Below are positions 9,446-20,892 of a stretch of DNA of 64,000 bases, piece after piece; position 1 is the stretch's first letter; each line of letters starts with the position of its first letter. A program made the position numbers and the translations under genes. The notes under the pieces are model-generated. The model ran no database searches. It saw nothing but the letters and a program-made list of their open reading frames with translations, and had not been told where the DNA came from. The DNA comes from an uncultured Chroococcidiopsis sp. (GTDB taxonomy: Bacteria; Cyanobacteriota; Cyanobacteriia; Cyanobacteriales; Chroococcidiopsidaceae), in assembly GCA_964248365.1 (NCBI GenBank), contig CAXTYC010000006.1, forward strand, positions 107,014 to 171,013, read 5' to 3'.

Positions 9446-11509
9446 TCAGGGACTAGAGGCTTTCTCCACAATGGGGACTGTGAAATGAAAGCGACTACCT
9501 CGGTCTTTACCATCTGATTCTGCCCAAATCTGACCGTTCCAGCTATTGACAATTTGACGACAAATTGCTAGTCCTAAACCAGTACCTCCCGTAGTGCGTC
9601 TCAGCGCCCCTTCTTCTTGATAAAACCGATCAAAGACAACTTCTAGGCGATTTGGTTCAATACCTCGTCCCGTGTCAGCGACAGTAACTTGCAGCATGGA
9701 ACCGCCGTTGCAATGAACCTCAATGGTAATCTGTCCCTCCGGCGGTGTAAATTTGCAAGCGTTATCTAATAGTTTGGCAAATACCTCAACTAGCCAATCA
9801 CCATCAACTCTAACTAAAGGCAGATGATCTGGGATTTTGGTAATGACTTTGGGTAACTCCTCTATGGCAGAGCGGGTACGAATTCGGCTCATAGCAAGTT
9901 CAATACATTCTTCTAAGGGTAAAGTTTCTGGATGCCATTCGACTCGACCGCTTTCTAAGTTGGAAAGAGTGAGGAAATCTTGGATCAGTTTCCGCATCCG
10001 CTCCGAGTCAGCTAAGGCAGTGTTGAGCATTACCTGGCTCATTTCTTGCGGCATATCCGGTTCGTTGGCTAGGCTCTCCAAACATACCTGAATGGTGGAT
10101 AAAGGGGTACGAAGTTCGTGACCTGTAATCGCAATCAAATTGCTGCGGGTACGGTCAAGAGCTTCCAATTGCTGGTTGAAGTCTTCCAGGTTAGCGTAAG
10201 CTTCAGCTTGAATTAGCGCAGCTCCTACCTGGGTAGCGATCGCCTCTACCAATGATATTTCATTGGCTGTCCACTGGTGAGTCATGGGCTGGCAGTGATG
10301 TAACTCGATCATTCCCAACAACTTGCCCTGATACAATACTGGAACCATTAACCACGAACGAATGCCAAACTGACGAGTTATTTTCTGTAATATCTCAGAG
10401 CCAGTAACGCGAGAATCAGTTTGAGTGTCGGCAACATATAGCCGCTCTTGCTGTTGTACAACTTCTTGAAATAGGGGATTATTGTCTAATAACCACGTTT
10501 CCCCCAACAAGGATGGCGTTTGTGAACTCAAAAATTCATGATTAATTGTGGTAGTTTGATCGCTCTTGTGCGCGCGATAAATCAAACATCGACAAACAGA
10601 AAGTGCCTGTCCGAGTTCTTGCACTGCTACTTTGAGAATTTCCTGGGGGTGTAGGGGTTGACCTGTATTGTTACCTCGACGGATAGCAGCAGTGATTGAG
10701 TTTACTAGGCGCTCTTTCCTTTCCCCAATAGCGATCGAACGGTAGGCTTTAAGTAATTTGTACTGACCTGCTTGTAAATATGTCACCAAACGTTGAACAA
10801 ACGGGTCAGAGTCAATCGGATGATAATCTTGCTGTTCAATATTTTTAGAACGATTGGCACTTTGAGGTGATAAGTTTGAGCTACCGATCGATGGTTTTTT
10901 TGTTTTGGTTGATTTTGGCTTTTGTGGGAAGGTAAGTCCAAAGCGATCGCAAGCTAGCTTGATTTTAGCTGCTAACTCTGGTCTGTAACTTAAAATTCGC
11001 TTCAATAAAAACTGGGCTACTATCGAGCTAATGTGAGGATCACTTGTCCAAATGCCTTCAAACTGGCGAGTTGGGTCCATATCCAAACTTACAGGTAATT
11101 CTGGCGAGAGCTTGAGCGCACTCATCCCAAGACGTTCTCGACATACCAAGCAACTGGTATAATGCTCCCCAATTACCACTAAATGCCATTCCTGACCCAG
11201 TGGCTCAGCCGGATCAAACGCGACTGTTTCATAGCAGTCAGAAGCATTGGTAAAGTCAGTTTCTGGGGCTGCTAATACATAAACTTGATTAGTACGTTGA
11301 GCGAGGCGTTTGTAGCGGTGAGCTTCTTGACGATAAAAACGTTCGCGCTGGAAGCTAGCAATCAGCAAGGGATGCTCGCTGGTGGAAGCAAGTACTTGGT
11401 CTTCCATCGCATGAGACAGCGCTGTTAAAGAAGCCTTGAAATAAATTTGGGGACGCAGTTGGGGTACTGCCTGTAGCAGATCACTCACCACTGAAGTCGG
11501 TATACTCAT
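9446..11509 (-). CDS. DICT-GAF sensor histidine kinase
   Basis: N-terminal DICT-type motif (LTALSHAMEDQVL...ASFQRERFY), GAF, GHELRTPL, GGTGLGL. Confidence 0.9.
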   Translation of the reverse strand: MSIPTSVVSDLLQAVPQLRPQIYFKASLTALSHAMEDQVLASTSEHPLLIASFQRERFYRQEAHRYKRLAQRTNQVYVLAAPETDFTNASDCYETVAFDPAEPLGQEWHLVVIGEHYTSCLVCRERLGMSALKLSPELPVSLDMDPTRQFEGIWTSDPHISSIVAQFLLKRILSYRPELAAKIKLACDRFGLTFPQKPKSTKTKKPSIGSSNLSPQSANRSKNIEQQDYHPIDSDPFVQRLVTYLQAGQYKLLKAYRSIAIGERKERLVNSITAAIRRGNNTGQPLHPQEILKVAVQELGQALSVCRCLIYRAHKSDQTTTINHEFLSSQTPSLLGETWLLDNNPLFQEVVQQQERLYVADTQTDSRVTGSEILQKITRQFGIRSWLMVPVLYQGKLLGMIELHHCQPMTHQWTANEISLVEAIATQVGAALIQAEAYANLEDFNQQLEALDRTRSNLIAITGHELRTPLSTIQVCLESLANEPDMPQEMSQVMLNTALADSERMRKLIQDFLTLSNLESGRVEWHPETLPLEECIELAMSRIRTRSAIEELPKVITKIPDHLPLVRVDGDWLVEVFAKLLDNACKFTPPEGQITIEVHCNGGSMLQVTVADTGRGIEPNRLEVVFDRFYQEEGALRRTTGGTGLGLAICRQIVNSWNGQIWAESDGKDRGSRFHFTVPIVEKASSP

Positions 11510-12046
11510 GAATGTCTTTGTTGCTCACTGCACCTCTCGTGTCCAGCCGCAAGGGTCATAGTTTTAGAGGAAACTGTTTTTCCACTGCATACTAAGCTTT
11601 GCGACCTGCTTTGTCGGAGAACCGTATGGGGCGCGATCGCGCCCCCTCGCATCATGGTTCTCTATCAACTTATCCTACCTTGATGGCGGGTGCAGGAGTT
11701 GTGGAGATATGGAACTTGGAGGAGTAGGGGAGAGGGGGAGCAGGGGGAGAAATTACCTTTACCGCAATACCTCTTTCCCCAGGTTCCTCTAGCCTAAGCG
11801 CCTTTACCCCTTTCCCCTTGCATCTAGCAAAGGTTATATATTTTATTAGTTGTAGATAGAAATTTTCTTTCCATCTCGATCTAAAAAGCCCATGTTCGAG
11901 GTTAAAGTCGCAGCAAACACATAATTGCGATAAAAAACTACATGATGAATAAGCATGACTAGTCAGTTCAAATACACCACCAGAGGTATATTAAGCTTGG
12001 CTGTTTCTAGCAATACCTTCGCTCACTGCTATTTCTACATATAAAA

Positions 12047-13072
12047 ATGAAAATTGCCCAGATTGCTCCCCTCTGGGAGCGCGTTCCTCCCTTTCGCTAT
12101 GGCGGTATTGAATTAATTGTCAGTTTACTTACTGATGAATTAGTCCGGCGCGGTCATGAAGTAACTTTATTTGCCTCTGGTGACTCAATTACAACTGCCA
12201 AACTCGTTTCGGTTCACGGTCAAGCACTGCGGCTCGACCCCAGTATTAAAGAGCCTGGACTCTACGAGCAAATGATGCTGTCTGAGGTCTATACCAACGC
12301 CCATCATTTTGATATTATTCATTCTCATGTTGGCTGTGCTGCCCTGCCCTATACCAGTTTTGTCAAAACGCCAACAGTACACACTATGCACGGCATCTTC
12401 ACCCCAGATAACGAGAAGATGTTCCGACGCTTTGCCTGGCAGCCTTACATTAGCATTAGTGAGGCGCAGCGAGAACCCCGCTTAGGCTTAAACTACGTTC
12501 ATACCGTCTACAACGGAATTGATACATCTATTTATCCGTTTGTGGCAACACCAAGTCAACCCGCTTACCTAGCTTTTATTGGTCGGCTTTCTCCAGAAAA
12601 AGGACCAATCGAGGCAATTAAAATTGCTCGTGCGTCCGGTATACCATTAAAAATGGCTGGTAAGATTGATGCTGTTGATCGAGAATACTTTCGGGAGCAA
12701 ATTGAGCCTAGTATTGATGGAGAGCACATTCAGTATCTAGGTGAAGTCTCCCTGGAGGAAAAAGTACAGCTTTTGGGAGGAGCTACTGCTACCTTGTTCC
12801 CGATTACCTGGCGAGAACCTTTTGGTTTAGTGATGATTGAGTCGATGGCAACGGGTACGCCTGTAATTGGTATGGGGCTAGGCTCAGTACCAGAAGTAAT
12901 TGCCCACGAGAAAACAGGTTTTGTTTGCTATTCTTTGGAAAAAATGATCGAGGCTATTCCAGGGGTGACAAAATTAGACCGCCAGACTTGCCGAGACTAC
13001 GTTTTAAACCGCTTTAGTGTTGAGGCTATGACTAACGAGTATGAAAAGGTCTTTCAAGTGTTAGCAAGCTAA
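12047..13072 (+). CDS. Glycosyltransferase family 4
   Basis: MKIAQIAPLWERVPP...YGG, EPFGLVMIESMATGTPVI. Confidence 0.92.
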   Translation: MKIAQIAPLWERVPPFRYGGIELIVSLLTDELVRRGHEVTLFASGDSITTAKLVSVHGQALRLDPSIKEPGLYEQMMLSEVYTNAHHFDIIHSHVGCAALPYTSFVKTPTVHTMHGIFTPDNEKMFRRFAWQPYISISEAQREPRLGLNYVHTVYNGIDTSIYPFVATPSQPAYLAFIGRLSPEKGPIEAIKIARASGIPLKMAGKIDAVDREYFREQIEPSIDGEHIQYLGEVSLEEKVQLLGGATATLFPITWREPFGLVMIESMATGTPVIGMGLGSVPEVIAHEKTGFVCYSLEKMIEAIPGVTKLDRQTCRDYVLNRFSVEAMTNEYEKVFQVLAS

Positions 13073-13886
13073 CAAATTTTCCCTGGGCGGGTTTATAGAT
13101 GACTTCACCTAAAAGGGGAAGGGGACAAGGGAAAATCCGAGTGATGAGTGATTCAATCCCCAACTCGACTGTTCTCCCCTTTTACTTTGATTCCTATCTA
13201 TTAATAAACCCGCCTTGCTCAGCCTTTAACTTAAAGATAAAGTATTTAAATCTTATTTGTATTAAAATTAACAAGTTGTAAATAGGCTTAAACTTATTTA
13301 AAATAAATTTATGTAGTCTGATTAACTTGCCTGCTCTTGGCTAATCAGGAAAACTAAATAATAATTAACAGTTTACAGCGAAATTTGCCAGTACAAATAG
13401 TATGAAAAGCTACAAAAGGCAACTGATAACTGACGGACAATCTTGCGGCTTGCCGCCAAGTGCGGGTAAAAAGATAACAACTCACCAAAAGGCAAGGGGC
13501 AAGAGGAACCAGAGGAACCAGAGGCGCTCGTGCGCTCGTGCGAGAGGCTAGATTTTTCGTTTGTTTCGGTGATTTATGTGATCAGTAGATCTTTTTCCTC
13601 GTGCCGGACTTCGTCCCGCAACGCTTACGTGCCTCTTGCCTCGTACCTCTCGCCTCTGAAAAACAATTTTGCCAAAATTAGGATTCATAAACCAAACCAG
13701 GGGTTGGGATAAAGTTAGAAAGCTTTAATTTAAGTTCTGATCGAAAGCTGTTAAAGCTAATTGATGAGAATTTTAAGAAAATTTAAAATGTAAGTAGTTT
13801 TACTTAAAAATTTTGTGGTTGTAAACGCTATAAATATCCCACAGTAGCACCTGAAAACTCATAATCTTGAAGCAAAAATTTTGCGA

Positions 13887-16184
13887 ATGACACCAGATAC
13901 GCTAACGACATCAGAAAAGCTGGAACTGGACGGTAAAGTATTTGTCCCCGCCCAACAGCTACCTATTCCAGAATGGCCCTGTGTATTGAGTGAAAGACCG
14001 CAGCCGACACTCACAGTCAAAGATGATGACTTATTTTTAGTTACAGATACTATAGGGAATATTTCTGGCTGCTTGGTGGACGATCGCTCATCTAGCATGG
14101 GACTATTTTGCGCGGATACCAGATTTCTCAGTCGCCTAGAGTTACAGATTGAGGGGCGATCGCCCTTGCTACTCAGTAGTACCGCCGACAAAGGATTTGT
14201 CCTCTCGGTTTTGTGTACCAATCCCACAATCGAAGGTAGCTTGTCAGCAGATACCTTGGGGATTCGGCGGGAAATTGTACTCAATGGAGCCTTGTTTGAG
14301 GAGATAGAAATATCTAATTATAGCACAAGTGCGGTTAGCTTTGAATTGAGTCTTAGCTTTGATGCGGATTTCGTTGATTTATTTGAAATCCGAGGCTTTG
14401 GACGTGAGAAACGAGGAAAACTTCTCCGCCTGGTCGAACTTGATGGCAAAAAACTGGAAAACTTAGAAAATTATCAAGAAAATACATCCCTCACCCCTCG
14501 CCCCTCACCCCTCACCCCTCAAAAAGGGCTGACCCTTGCCTATCAAGGTTTGGATGGGGCGGTGATGGAATCGCTGATCGAGTTTGGGTATCATCAGCCT
14601 GACTATTTCAAAGGTTATACAGCGATTTGGCGGATAGATTTGGCAAGCCATGAAACCAAAAAATTGGGTTATCGGCTGTCGATGTCGATAAACAAATGCT
14701 CTGCCTCTACCGTCCATGCTGCTGCTACCCTAGTACAAGCTAAGGCAGCTGAGTTTTTAGAAGAGCAACATTGGTGTCACCAAAGTACGCAGATTCGTTC
14801 GGATAAAGCTACCTTCAATCGCGCGATCGAAAGAGCTGAGCAAGATATGTTTTTGCTGCGACAGTCTATAGGTAAGCATAAGACTGTTTCAGCTGGAGTG
14901 CCTTGGTATTCAACATTGTTTGGGCGGGATTCGCTGATTACAGCATCACAAACACTCATGTTGAATCCAGCGACCGCTAGGGAAACATTGTTTCTCTTAG
15001 CCGCCTATCAAGGTAAAATCGAAGATGATTGGCGGGAAGAAGAACCAGGAAAGATTTTGCACGAACTGCGGTTTGGGGAAATGGCGCGTTGTCAAGAAAT
15101 TCCCCATACGCCTTACTACGGCACTGTCGATGCTACTCCTTTGTGGCTAATGCTGTATGCGGAATACTATGCTTGGACTCACGATCTTGAAACTCTAGAA
15201 CGGCTGTGGTCTAATGCAATGGCTGCAATGGATTGGATTGATCGTAACTGCCAACAGACAGGCTACCTTAGCTACGAGCGCAAATCTGCGCGTGGTCTAG
15301 TTAACCAAGGGTGGAAAGACTCTGGCGACTGTATTGTCAATCGCAAGGGACAACTAGCGACCGGACCAATTGCCTTGTGCGAGGTGCAAGCTTATGTTTA
15401 TGCGGCAAAAGTGCGATTGGCAGAAATTGCCCGCATGAAAAAGCGGATTGATTTAGCAGACAAATGGCAAGAGGACGCTAAGGAACTCAAAAGTCGCTTT
15501 AATCGAGACTTTTGGATGACAGATCAGGATTTCTGCGCTCTGGCTTTGGATGGAGAAGGCAAACGGGTAGATAGTATTACCTCGAATCCTGGTCAATGTC
15601 TATATTATGGCATTCTCGCACCGGAAAAAGCGTACAGCGTGGCAGAGCGCCTTCGAGCGCCGGATATGTTCAATGGTTGGGGTATTCGCACTTTGAGCAG
15701 TTTGTCCCCTGCTTATAATCCTATGGGTTATCACATTGGGTCGGTGTGGCCCCACGATAACTCAATTATTGCGATGGGATTGCGATCGCTCGGATTAATC
15801 GATCAAGCTTTGGAAGTCTTTCAAGGTTTGTTTGATATGACTTTGTGCCAGCCTTATCAGCGACCCCCCGAACTGTTCTGCGGCTACGAGCGTAACAACG
15901 ATAGCGACCCTGTACAGTATCCCGTTGCTTGCACTCCCCAAGCTTGGGCTACTGGTAGTGTCTTCCAGCTATTACAAATGATTGTAAATCTAGTCCCTGA
16001 CGCTCAGAATAACTGCCTGCGGATTATTGACCCAGCTTTACCAGAGTCGATTAATCAGCTTTCTGTGCATAATTTGCGTGTTGGTCCGACTTTGCTGGAT
16101 CTGGAATTTGAGCGCTCTGGCAGTACTACCGCTTGCCGTGTTGCTAAAAAACGCGGAAATTTGCGCGTTGTGATTGAAGCTTAA
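13887..16184 (+). CDS. Amylo-alpha-1,6-glucosidase (glycogen debranching enzyme family)
   Basis: AGVPWYSTLFGRDSL, EEPGKILHELR, YYGTVDATPL, NQGWKDSGD, YHIGSVWPHDN. Confidence 0.9.
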   Translation: MTPDTLTTSEKLELDGKVFVPAQQLPIPEWPCVLSERPQPTLTVKDDDLFLVTDTIGNISGCLVDDRSSSMGLFCADTRFLSRLELQIEGRSPLLLSSTADKGFVLSVLCTNPTIEGSLSADTLGIRREIVLNGALFEEIEISNYSTSAVSFELSLSFDADFVDLFEIRGFGREKRGKLLRLVELDGKKLENLENYQENTSLTPRPSPLTPQKGLTLAYQGLDGAVMESLIEFGYHQPDYFKGYTAIWRIDLASHETKKLGYRLSMSINKCSASTVHAAATLVQAKAAEFLEEQHWCHQSTQIRSDKATFNRAIERAEQDMFLLRQSIGKHKTVSAGVPWYSTLFGRDSLITASQTLMLNPATARETLFLLAAYQGKIEDDWREEEPGKILHELRFGEMARCQEIPHTPYYGTVDATPLWLMLYAEYYAWTHDLETLERLWSNAMAAMDWIDRNCQQTGYLSYERKSARGLVNQGWKDSGDCIVNRKGQLATGPIALCEVQAYVYAAKVRLAEIARMKKRIDLADKWQEDAKELKSRFNRDFWMTDQDFCALALDGEGKRVDSITSNPGQCLYYGILAPEKAYSVAERLRAPDMFNGWGIRTLSSLSPAYNPMGYHIGSVWPHDNSIIAMGLRSLGLIDQALEVFQGLFDMTLCQPYQRPPELFCGYERNNDSDPVQYPVACTPQAWATGSVFQLLQMIVNLVPDAQNNCLRIIDPALPESINQLSVHNLRVGPTLLDLEFERSGSTTACRVAKKRGNLRVVIEA

Positions 16185-16494
16185 ACTAGGGGCGGTCGGC
16201 TGGGGGCTAGGGGCTAGGGCAAGAAAAGGACAAGGGGACAAGGGGACAAGGTGACAAGGTGAAACTTCAATCATACTCCCCCCTCTCCCCATCTGTGTGT
16301 CCCCCCATCCTCTCTCTAGTCCCCAACCCCTAGCCCCTAGCCCCTCTCATGTGTAACAAACTATTGCTAGTTGTTAAGGCTTGTATAGTTTGCGATCGTT
16401 TTCTCGCTGTTTATCGTTGATGTATATCTACAGCGGGATGCTAAGAAAAGAAAATTAATGTTAACCAACATTCCCTCACCCTAATAGGCTGGCT

Positions 16495-19440
16495 ATGGAG
16501 CAAATCGGTTGGACGGTTATTGAAACACAGTTTGATGCAGCCGAACTGCATCACAAGGAAACACTATTTACAATTGGCAATGGCTACCTGGGTACGAGGG
16601 GTACTTTTGAAGAAGATTATCCAGGCTCAAACGGGGCTACCTTTATTCACGGCGTTTATGACGACGCGCCAGTAGTAACAACCGAACTAGTTAATTGCCC
16701 TGACTGGTTGCCACTGGTGATTGTGGTGGGGGGCGAAGTCTTCGGTCTTGATTCTGGTGAGATATTGGGCTATCAGCGTCAGTTAGACTTGCGCTGGGGT
16801 ATAGTCAGCCGCGATGTACTGTGGCGTAGCCCGAATGGTCATACAGTATATCTTCATTTTGAGCGTATGACCAGTATGGCAGATGAACACGTATTAGTGT
16901 TGCGCTGCCAAGTCACGCCGATAGATTTCGAGGGAGAAATCGAAGTTGAGGCTAGTTTCAACACCCAACCGAATAATCATGGCGCAGAACATTGGGAATG
17001 TTTGCAGCACGATGGAAAGGATAATCGCCTTTGGTTCCATATGCGCTGCCCCAGCTCCAATATAGAGTTAAGCATGGCTTGCCAGCTAACTTGCTCAGAA
17101 GAGACAGCCCTTGTGCAAGTGAGGGGTAAAGACAGCAATCCGAAATTGACAACAAGCTTCCAGGCTCACCCCAATCAGACAGTGACTTTAGAAAAAAAGG
17201 TTAGTGTTTTTACTTCAAGAGATGTGAGTGAGCCATTGCAAGCAGCCCAAGAGCGGCTAGCGAGTTTACCCAGTTACACCACCCTGCTAGCAGCTCACGG
17301 AGCAATTTGGGATGAATTGTGGCAGGACAGTGATGTCAAAATTGAGGGCGACACCACTGCCCAAATTGCTGTCCGTTACAATTTGTTTCAGCTACTTGCC
17401 GCTGCACCTCGCCATGACGAAAGAGTAAGTATCCCAGCAAAAACACTGTCTGGATTTGCCTACCGAGGTCATGTGTTTTGGGATACAGAAATTTTTATCG
17501 TTCCCTTCCTCAGCTTGACGCAGCCGCAAATCGCCCGTAATTTGTTGTCCTATCGCTACCATACTTTGGCAGGTGCGAGGCGCAAAGCAAAAGAAGCTGG
17601 TTATGAAGGAGCAATGTTTGCTTGGGAAAGTGCCACTACTGGTGACGAGGTAACTCCCCGTTGGGTACACGATCCAAATGGTAATCCAGTGCGTATTTGG
17701 TGCGGTGATATTGAAGTGCATATTAACGCTGATATCGCTTATGCCGTTTGGCAATATTGGCTTGTGAGTGGGGATAACCAATGGATGCGCGATCGCGGAG
17801 CTGAGATAATATTAGATACTGCGGTATTTTGGGCTAGCCGAGTCGAGTGGAATAGCGATCGCAATTGTTACGAAATTCGGGATGTGATCGGTCCTGATGA
17901 AAACCACGAACAGGTAAACAACAACGTCTTTACTAACCGAATGGTGCAATGGCACATGGAAACTGCCCTTGCTACCTTGGAATGGTTGCGTGGATATGAT
18001 GTTAAAAAAGCAGATCATCTAGAGCAGCAACTTAACCTCACACCCCAGCGGCTCAAGCATTGGACACATATCATTAGTCATATCCTACTGTTACACGACT
18101 GGGATACTGGCTTAACTGAACAGTTTGAGGGTTTCTTTAACCTAGAAGACGTTAACCTAACTGATTACGAGTGGCGTACCAAGTCAATGCAAGCTCTTTT
18201 GGGCATTCAACAGACAAACTCTAGTCAAATATTAAAGCAGCCAGATGTTTTGATGCTGCTTTACTTGCTGCGTGAGTCAACTTTGCCTACGCGCCTTACT
18301 CCTAGCGAGTACCAAAAAATACTTAGCACAAACTGGGATTACTACACTCCTCGTACCGACCACACTTATGGTTCTTCTCTAGGTCCTGCCATTAACGCGA
18401 TTTTAGCTTGTGACTTGGACAAGAGCGCTGATGCATATGAACACTTTATGCGAGCAGCGCTGGTAGATCTCAAAGATGTGCGGAAAAATGCCTGTGAAGG
18501 TATTCACGCCGCTTCTTGTGGTGGGGTATGGCAGGCGGTAGTCTTTGGTTTTGCTGGTGTACGTCTAACTGGGACAGGACCAAAGGTGTTAACTCCTCAC
18601 CTACCTGAATGCTGGACACGCTTACAGTTCAAACTTCGCTGGCAAAATCAGTGGTATGACTTTGATATAGCAAGGACAACAGATGGGAATCAGGTAGTCA
18701 TGACCACTGACAACAAGACTAATGCAGATATTTCTATTAACCATCAGTCTGCTCCACCAATCAAGGGTGTAATTTTCGACCTGGATGGTGTGCTAACTGA
18801 CACGTCGGAATTTCACTATCAAAGTTGGAAGCAGCTAGCGGACGAAGAAGGAATTCCATTTGACCGCGAAGCTAATGAGAAAATGCGAGGTTTGGCAAGG
18901 CGAGAATCACTGTTGCAACTTTTAGGCGAAGGGCGAGTAAGTGAAGCAGAACTGAAAGAAATGATGGCGCGTAAGAACGGCTATTATGAGAAATTGATTC
19001 AGGCACTTACCCCAGCTAACTTGCTACCAGGAGCGTTGGAATTATTGAACGAATTGCGCTCCTGCGGTATTAAAGTGGGTATCGGTTCATCGAGTAAAAA
19101 TGCCCACACTGTTATTCAACGTTTGGGCATTGCTGACTTGATAGATGCAACGGCTGATGGCTACAGTGTAGAGCGGCACAAACCAGCTCCTGATGTATTC
19201 CTCCATGCAGCGAAGCAACTAGGGCTGGAACCATCACAATGCGTAGTTGTAGAAGATGCTGATTCTGGTGTTGCTGCTGCTTTGGCTGCCGGAATGTGGG
19301 CTGTCGGTCTTGGTCCGGTTGAGCGCGTAGGTGCGGCTCATGTTGTGCTAAACAGCTTGGCAGGGGTTCACTGGTCTGACCTGCAAAGGTTACTTCAGCA
19401 AAGCCACAATACGCTCTATGCTACTCCTGTGGCTGGCTAA
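16495..19440 (+). CDS. pgmB: Glycoside hydrolase family 65 phosphorylase fused to beta-phosphoglucomutase (HAD)
   Basis: ETLFTIGNGYLGTRG, GHVFWDTE, VIGPDENHE, KQPDV; C-terminal IFDLDGVLTDT and KPAPDVF. Confidence 0.9.
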   Translation: MEQIGWTVIETQFDAAELHHKETLFTIGNGYLGTRGTFEEDYPGSNGATFIHGVYDDAPVVTTELVNCPDWLPLVIVVGGEVFGLDSGEILGYQRQLDLRWGIVSRDVLWRSPNGHTVYLHFERMTSMADEHVLVLRCQVTPIDFEGEIEVEASFNTQPNNHGAEHWECLQHDGKDNRLWFHMRCPSSNIELSMACQLTCSEETALVQVRGKDSNPKLTTSFQAHPNQTVTLEKKVSVFTSRDVSEPLQAAQERLASLPSYTTLLAAHGAIWDELWQDSDVKIEGDTTAQIAVRYNLFQLLAAAPRHDERVSIPAKTLSGFAYRGHVFWDTEIFIVPFLSLTQPQIARNLLSYRYHTLAGARRKAKEAGYEGAMFAWESATTGDEVTPRWVHDPNGNPVRIWCGDIEVHINADIAYAVWQYWLVSGDNQWMRDRGAEIILDTAVFWASRVEWNSDRNCYEIRDVIGPDENHEQVNNNVFTNRMVQWHMETALATLEWLRGYDVKKADHLEQQLNLTPQRLKHWTHIISHILLLHDWDTGLTEQFEGFFNLEDVNLTDYEWRTKSMQALLGIQQTNSSQILKQPDVLMLLYLLRESTLPTRLTPSEYQKILSTNWDYYTPRTDHTYGSSLGPAINAILACDLDKSADAYEHFMRAALVDLKDVRKNACEGIHAASCGGVWQAVVFGFAGVRLTGTGPKVLTPHLPECWTRLQFKLRWQNQWYDFDIARTTDGNQVVMTTDNKTNADISINHQSAPPIKGVIFDLDGVLTDTSEFHYQSWKQLADEEGIPFDREANEKMRGLARRESLLQLLGEGRVSEAELKEMMARKNGYYEKLIQALTPANLLPGALELLNELRSCGIKVGIGSSSKNAHTVIQRLGIADLIDATADGYSVERHKPAPDVFLHAAKQLGLEPSQCVVVEDADSGVAAALAAGMWAVGLGPVERVGAAHVVLNSLAGVHWSDLQRLLQQSHNTLYATPVAG

Positions 19441-19442
19441 GT

Positions 19443-19727
19443 GTAGGGTGGGCATTGCCCACCTTTTATGGTGTGTTACGGCGCGAATTATATCTTTGGA
19501 AATGAAAATACAGTATTTCTGTGCGCCTAACTTACTACCACTACTAATGGTGCTTGTGCGGCGCAAATTAGATTTTTTGGAAGTGAAACAATAGTATTTC
19601 TGTGCGCCTAACTTACTACCACTACTACCACTTCTTCAGCCAAGCCAAAAGAAACTCTATGCTACTACTCCTGTGGCTGGCTAATTGTCAGGTGGGCAAT
19701 TTGTAAGGTGGGCAATGCCCACCCTAC
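19443..19727. repeat. Composite repeat: inverted REP-like pair enclosing an ~80-bp tandem duplication and a copy of the pgmB 3' end
   Basis: REPs at 19443-19463 and 19703-19727; units 19468-19546 and 19547-19627. Confidence 0.85.
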
Positions 19728-19747
19728 TTATTACTAACAGCTAATAG

Positions 19748-20266
19748 CTAATGGCTAACAGCTAACAGCTTTTTGGCACGTTGTACCTCTTGCTCTGTGC
19801 CATTTACTATTACTAAATACTCTTCGGGGGAAAGGCGATCGCCATTAATGGCTCGTTGTGAGGACACCCCAGGACAATTACAAACTGAAATCACCCCACC
19901 AGTTGCTAAACCGATACCAGCACCTGCAAGGGTAGAGGCTAAAGCTGTTCCTACCGCGCTACCAATTGCTATGGCAGGAGCAACGCCTGGTATTGACAAA
20001 ATTCCAATAGTCATTAAGCAACCGCCTAAAGCTCCCACTATACTGCCTGTAATCATTGCACAAGGAGCATTTGTTGCTGACGTGTCTCTACTCGCCTGAG
20101 TTTTCCTAATCGCCTCTTCTAGCTGCTCAAGTAGCTCTGATTCTTTGTTTACCAATGAAAGGCGAGTAATTGGGAACCCTGCACAGTATAAATGTTTGAG
20201 CGCCTGTTCTGCATCAGAGCGTGTGGTAAATGTACCAACAGCACTTCTTTCTTGAACTGAAACCAT
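19748..20266 (-). CDS. General stress protein 17M-like membrane protein
   Basis: AVGTFTTRSDAEQAL N-terminus, glycine-zipper GALGG/GAGIGLATGG, EYLVIVNGTEQEVQRA. Confidence 0.7.
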   Translation of the reverse strand: MVSVQERSAVGTFTTRSDAEQALKHLYCAGFPITRLSLVNKESELLEQLEEAIRKTQASRDTSATNAPCAMITGSIVGALGGCLMTIGILSIPGVAPAIAIGSAVGTALASTLAGAGIGLATGGVISVCNCPGVSSQRAINGDRLSPEEYLVIVNGTEQEVQRAKKLLAVSH

Positions 20267-20892
20267 TTTATCCCCCTTCTAAAATTACCAATCATCAATA
20301 TTGAATGCCTATAGCAAAGCATGGTATCAGGAACGCAACTTTCGACCAGCTAGCAAATTTGAGATGTGCTTATATCTCTTAAATAGTAATTTAGACAAAC
20401 TATAAAAGATCAAAATTTCAATACAATGTTAAAAATTTTGATTTATATGCATTTTTTTATTAATTATCATTAAATCGTTGCTGCATCAGCTTGTATTCTC
20501 ACCGTCTGCTGTCTGGTGCGGGTTAATCTCTTGGGCAAAATTCCTTAGTATTCTAAATATTTAGTTGCGAATAATTTGGATGCGAAAAATTTTTGTAATA
20601 CCAAAAGAATGACCAGTTACCAGTAACGATCGCATCTATTGCGATCCTAGCTCTTGTATCATTCTTAACAATTCCCTTGATAATTGATAATTAATAATTG
20701 ATAATTGTTGAATACCTATACAAGGTATTTCATGACACAAATGGGATTACTATAAAATATAAAATCGTGGTAGGGTAAGACTTGAAGGCGTGAGACAAAA
20801 AAATAGATAAGCATTTTGCTTATCTTAGTTTGTTTACACCTCAAAACAGTTATATAAATTTTTGATGACACAAAGGCGGAAGTACAGTTGAT

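Noticed and set aside
19468..19627. 80-bp tandem units as a CRISPR array
   Set aside because: The would-be spacers are homologous to each other and there are only two units.
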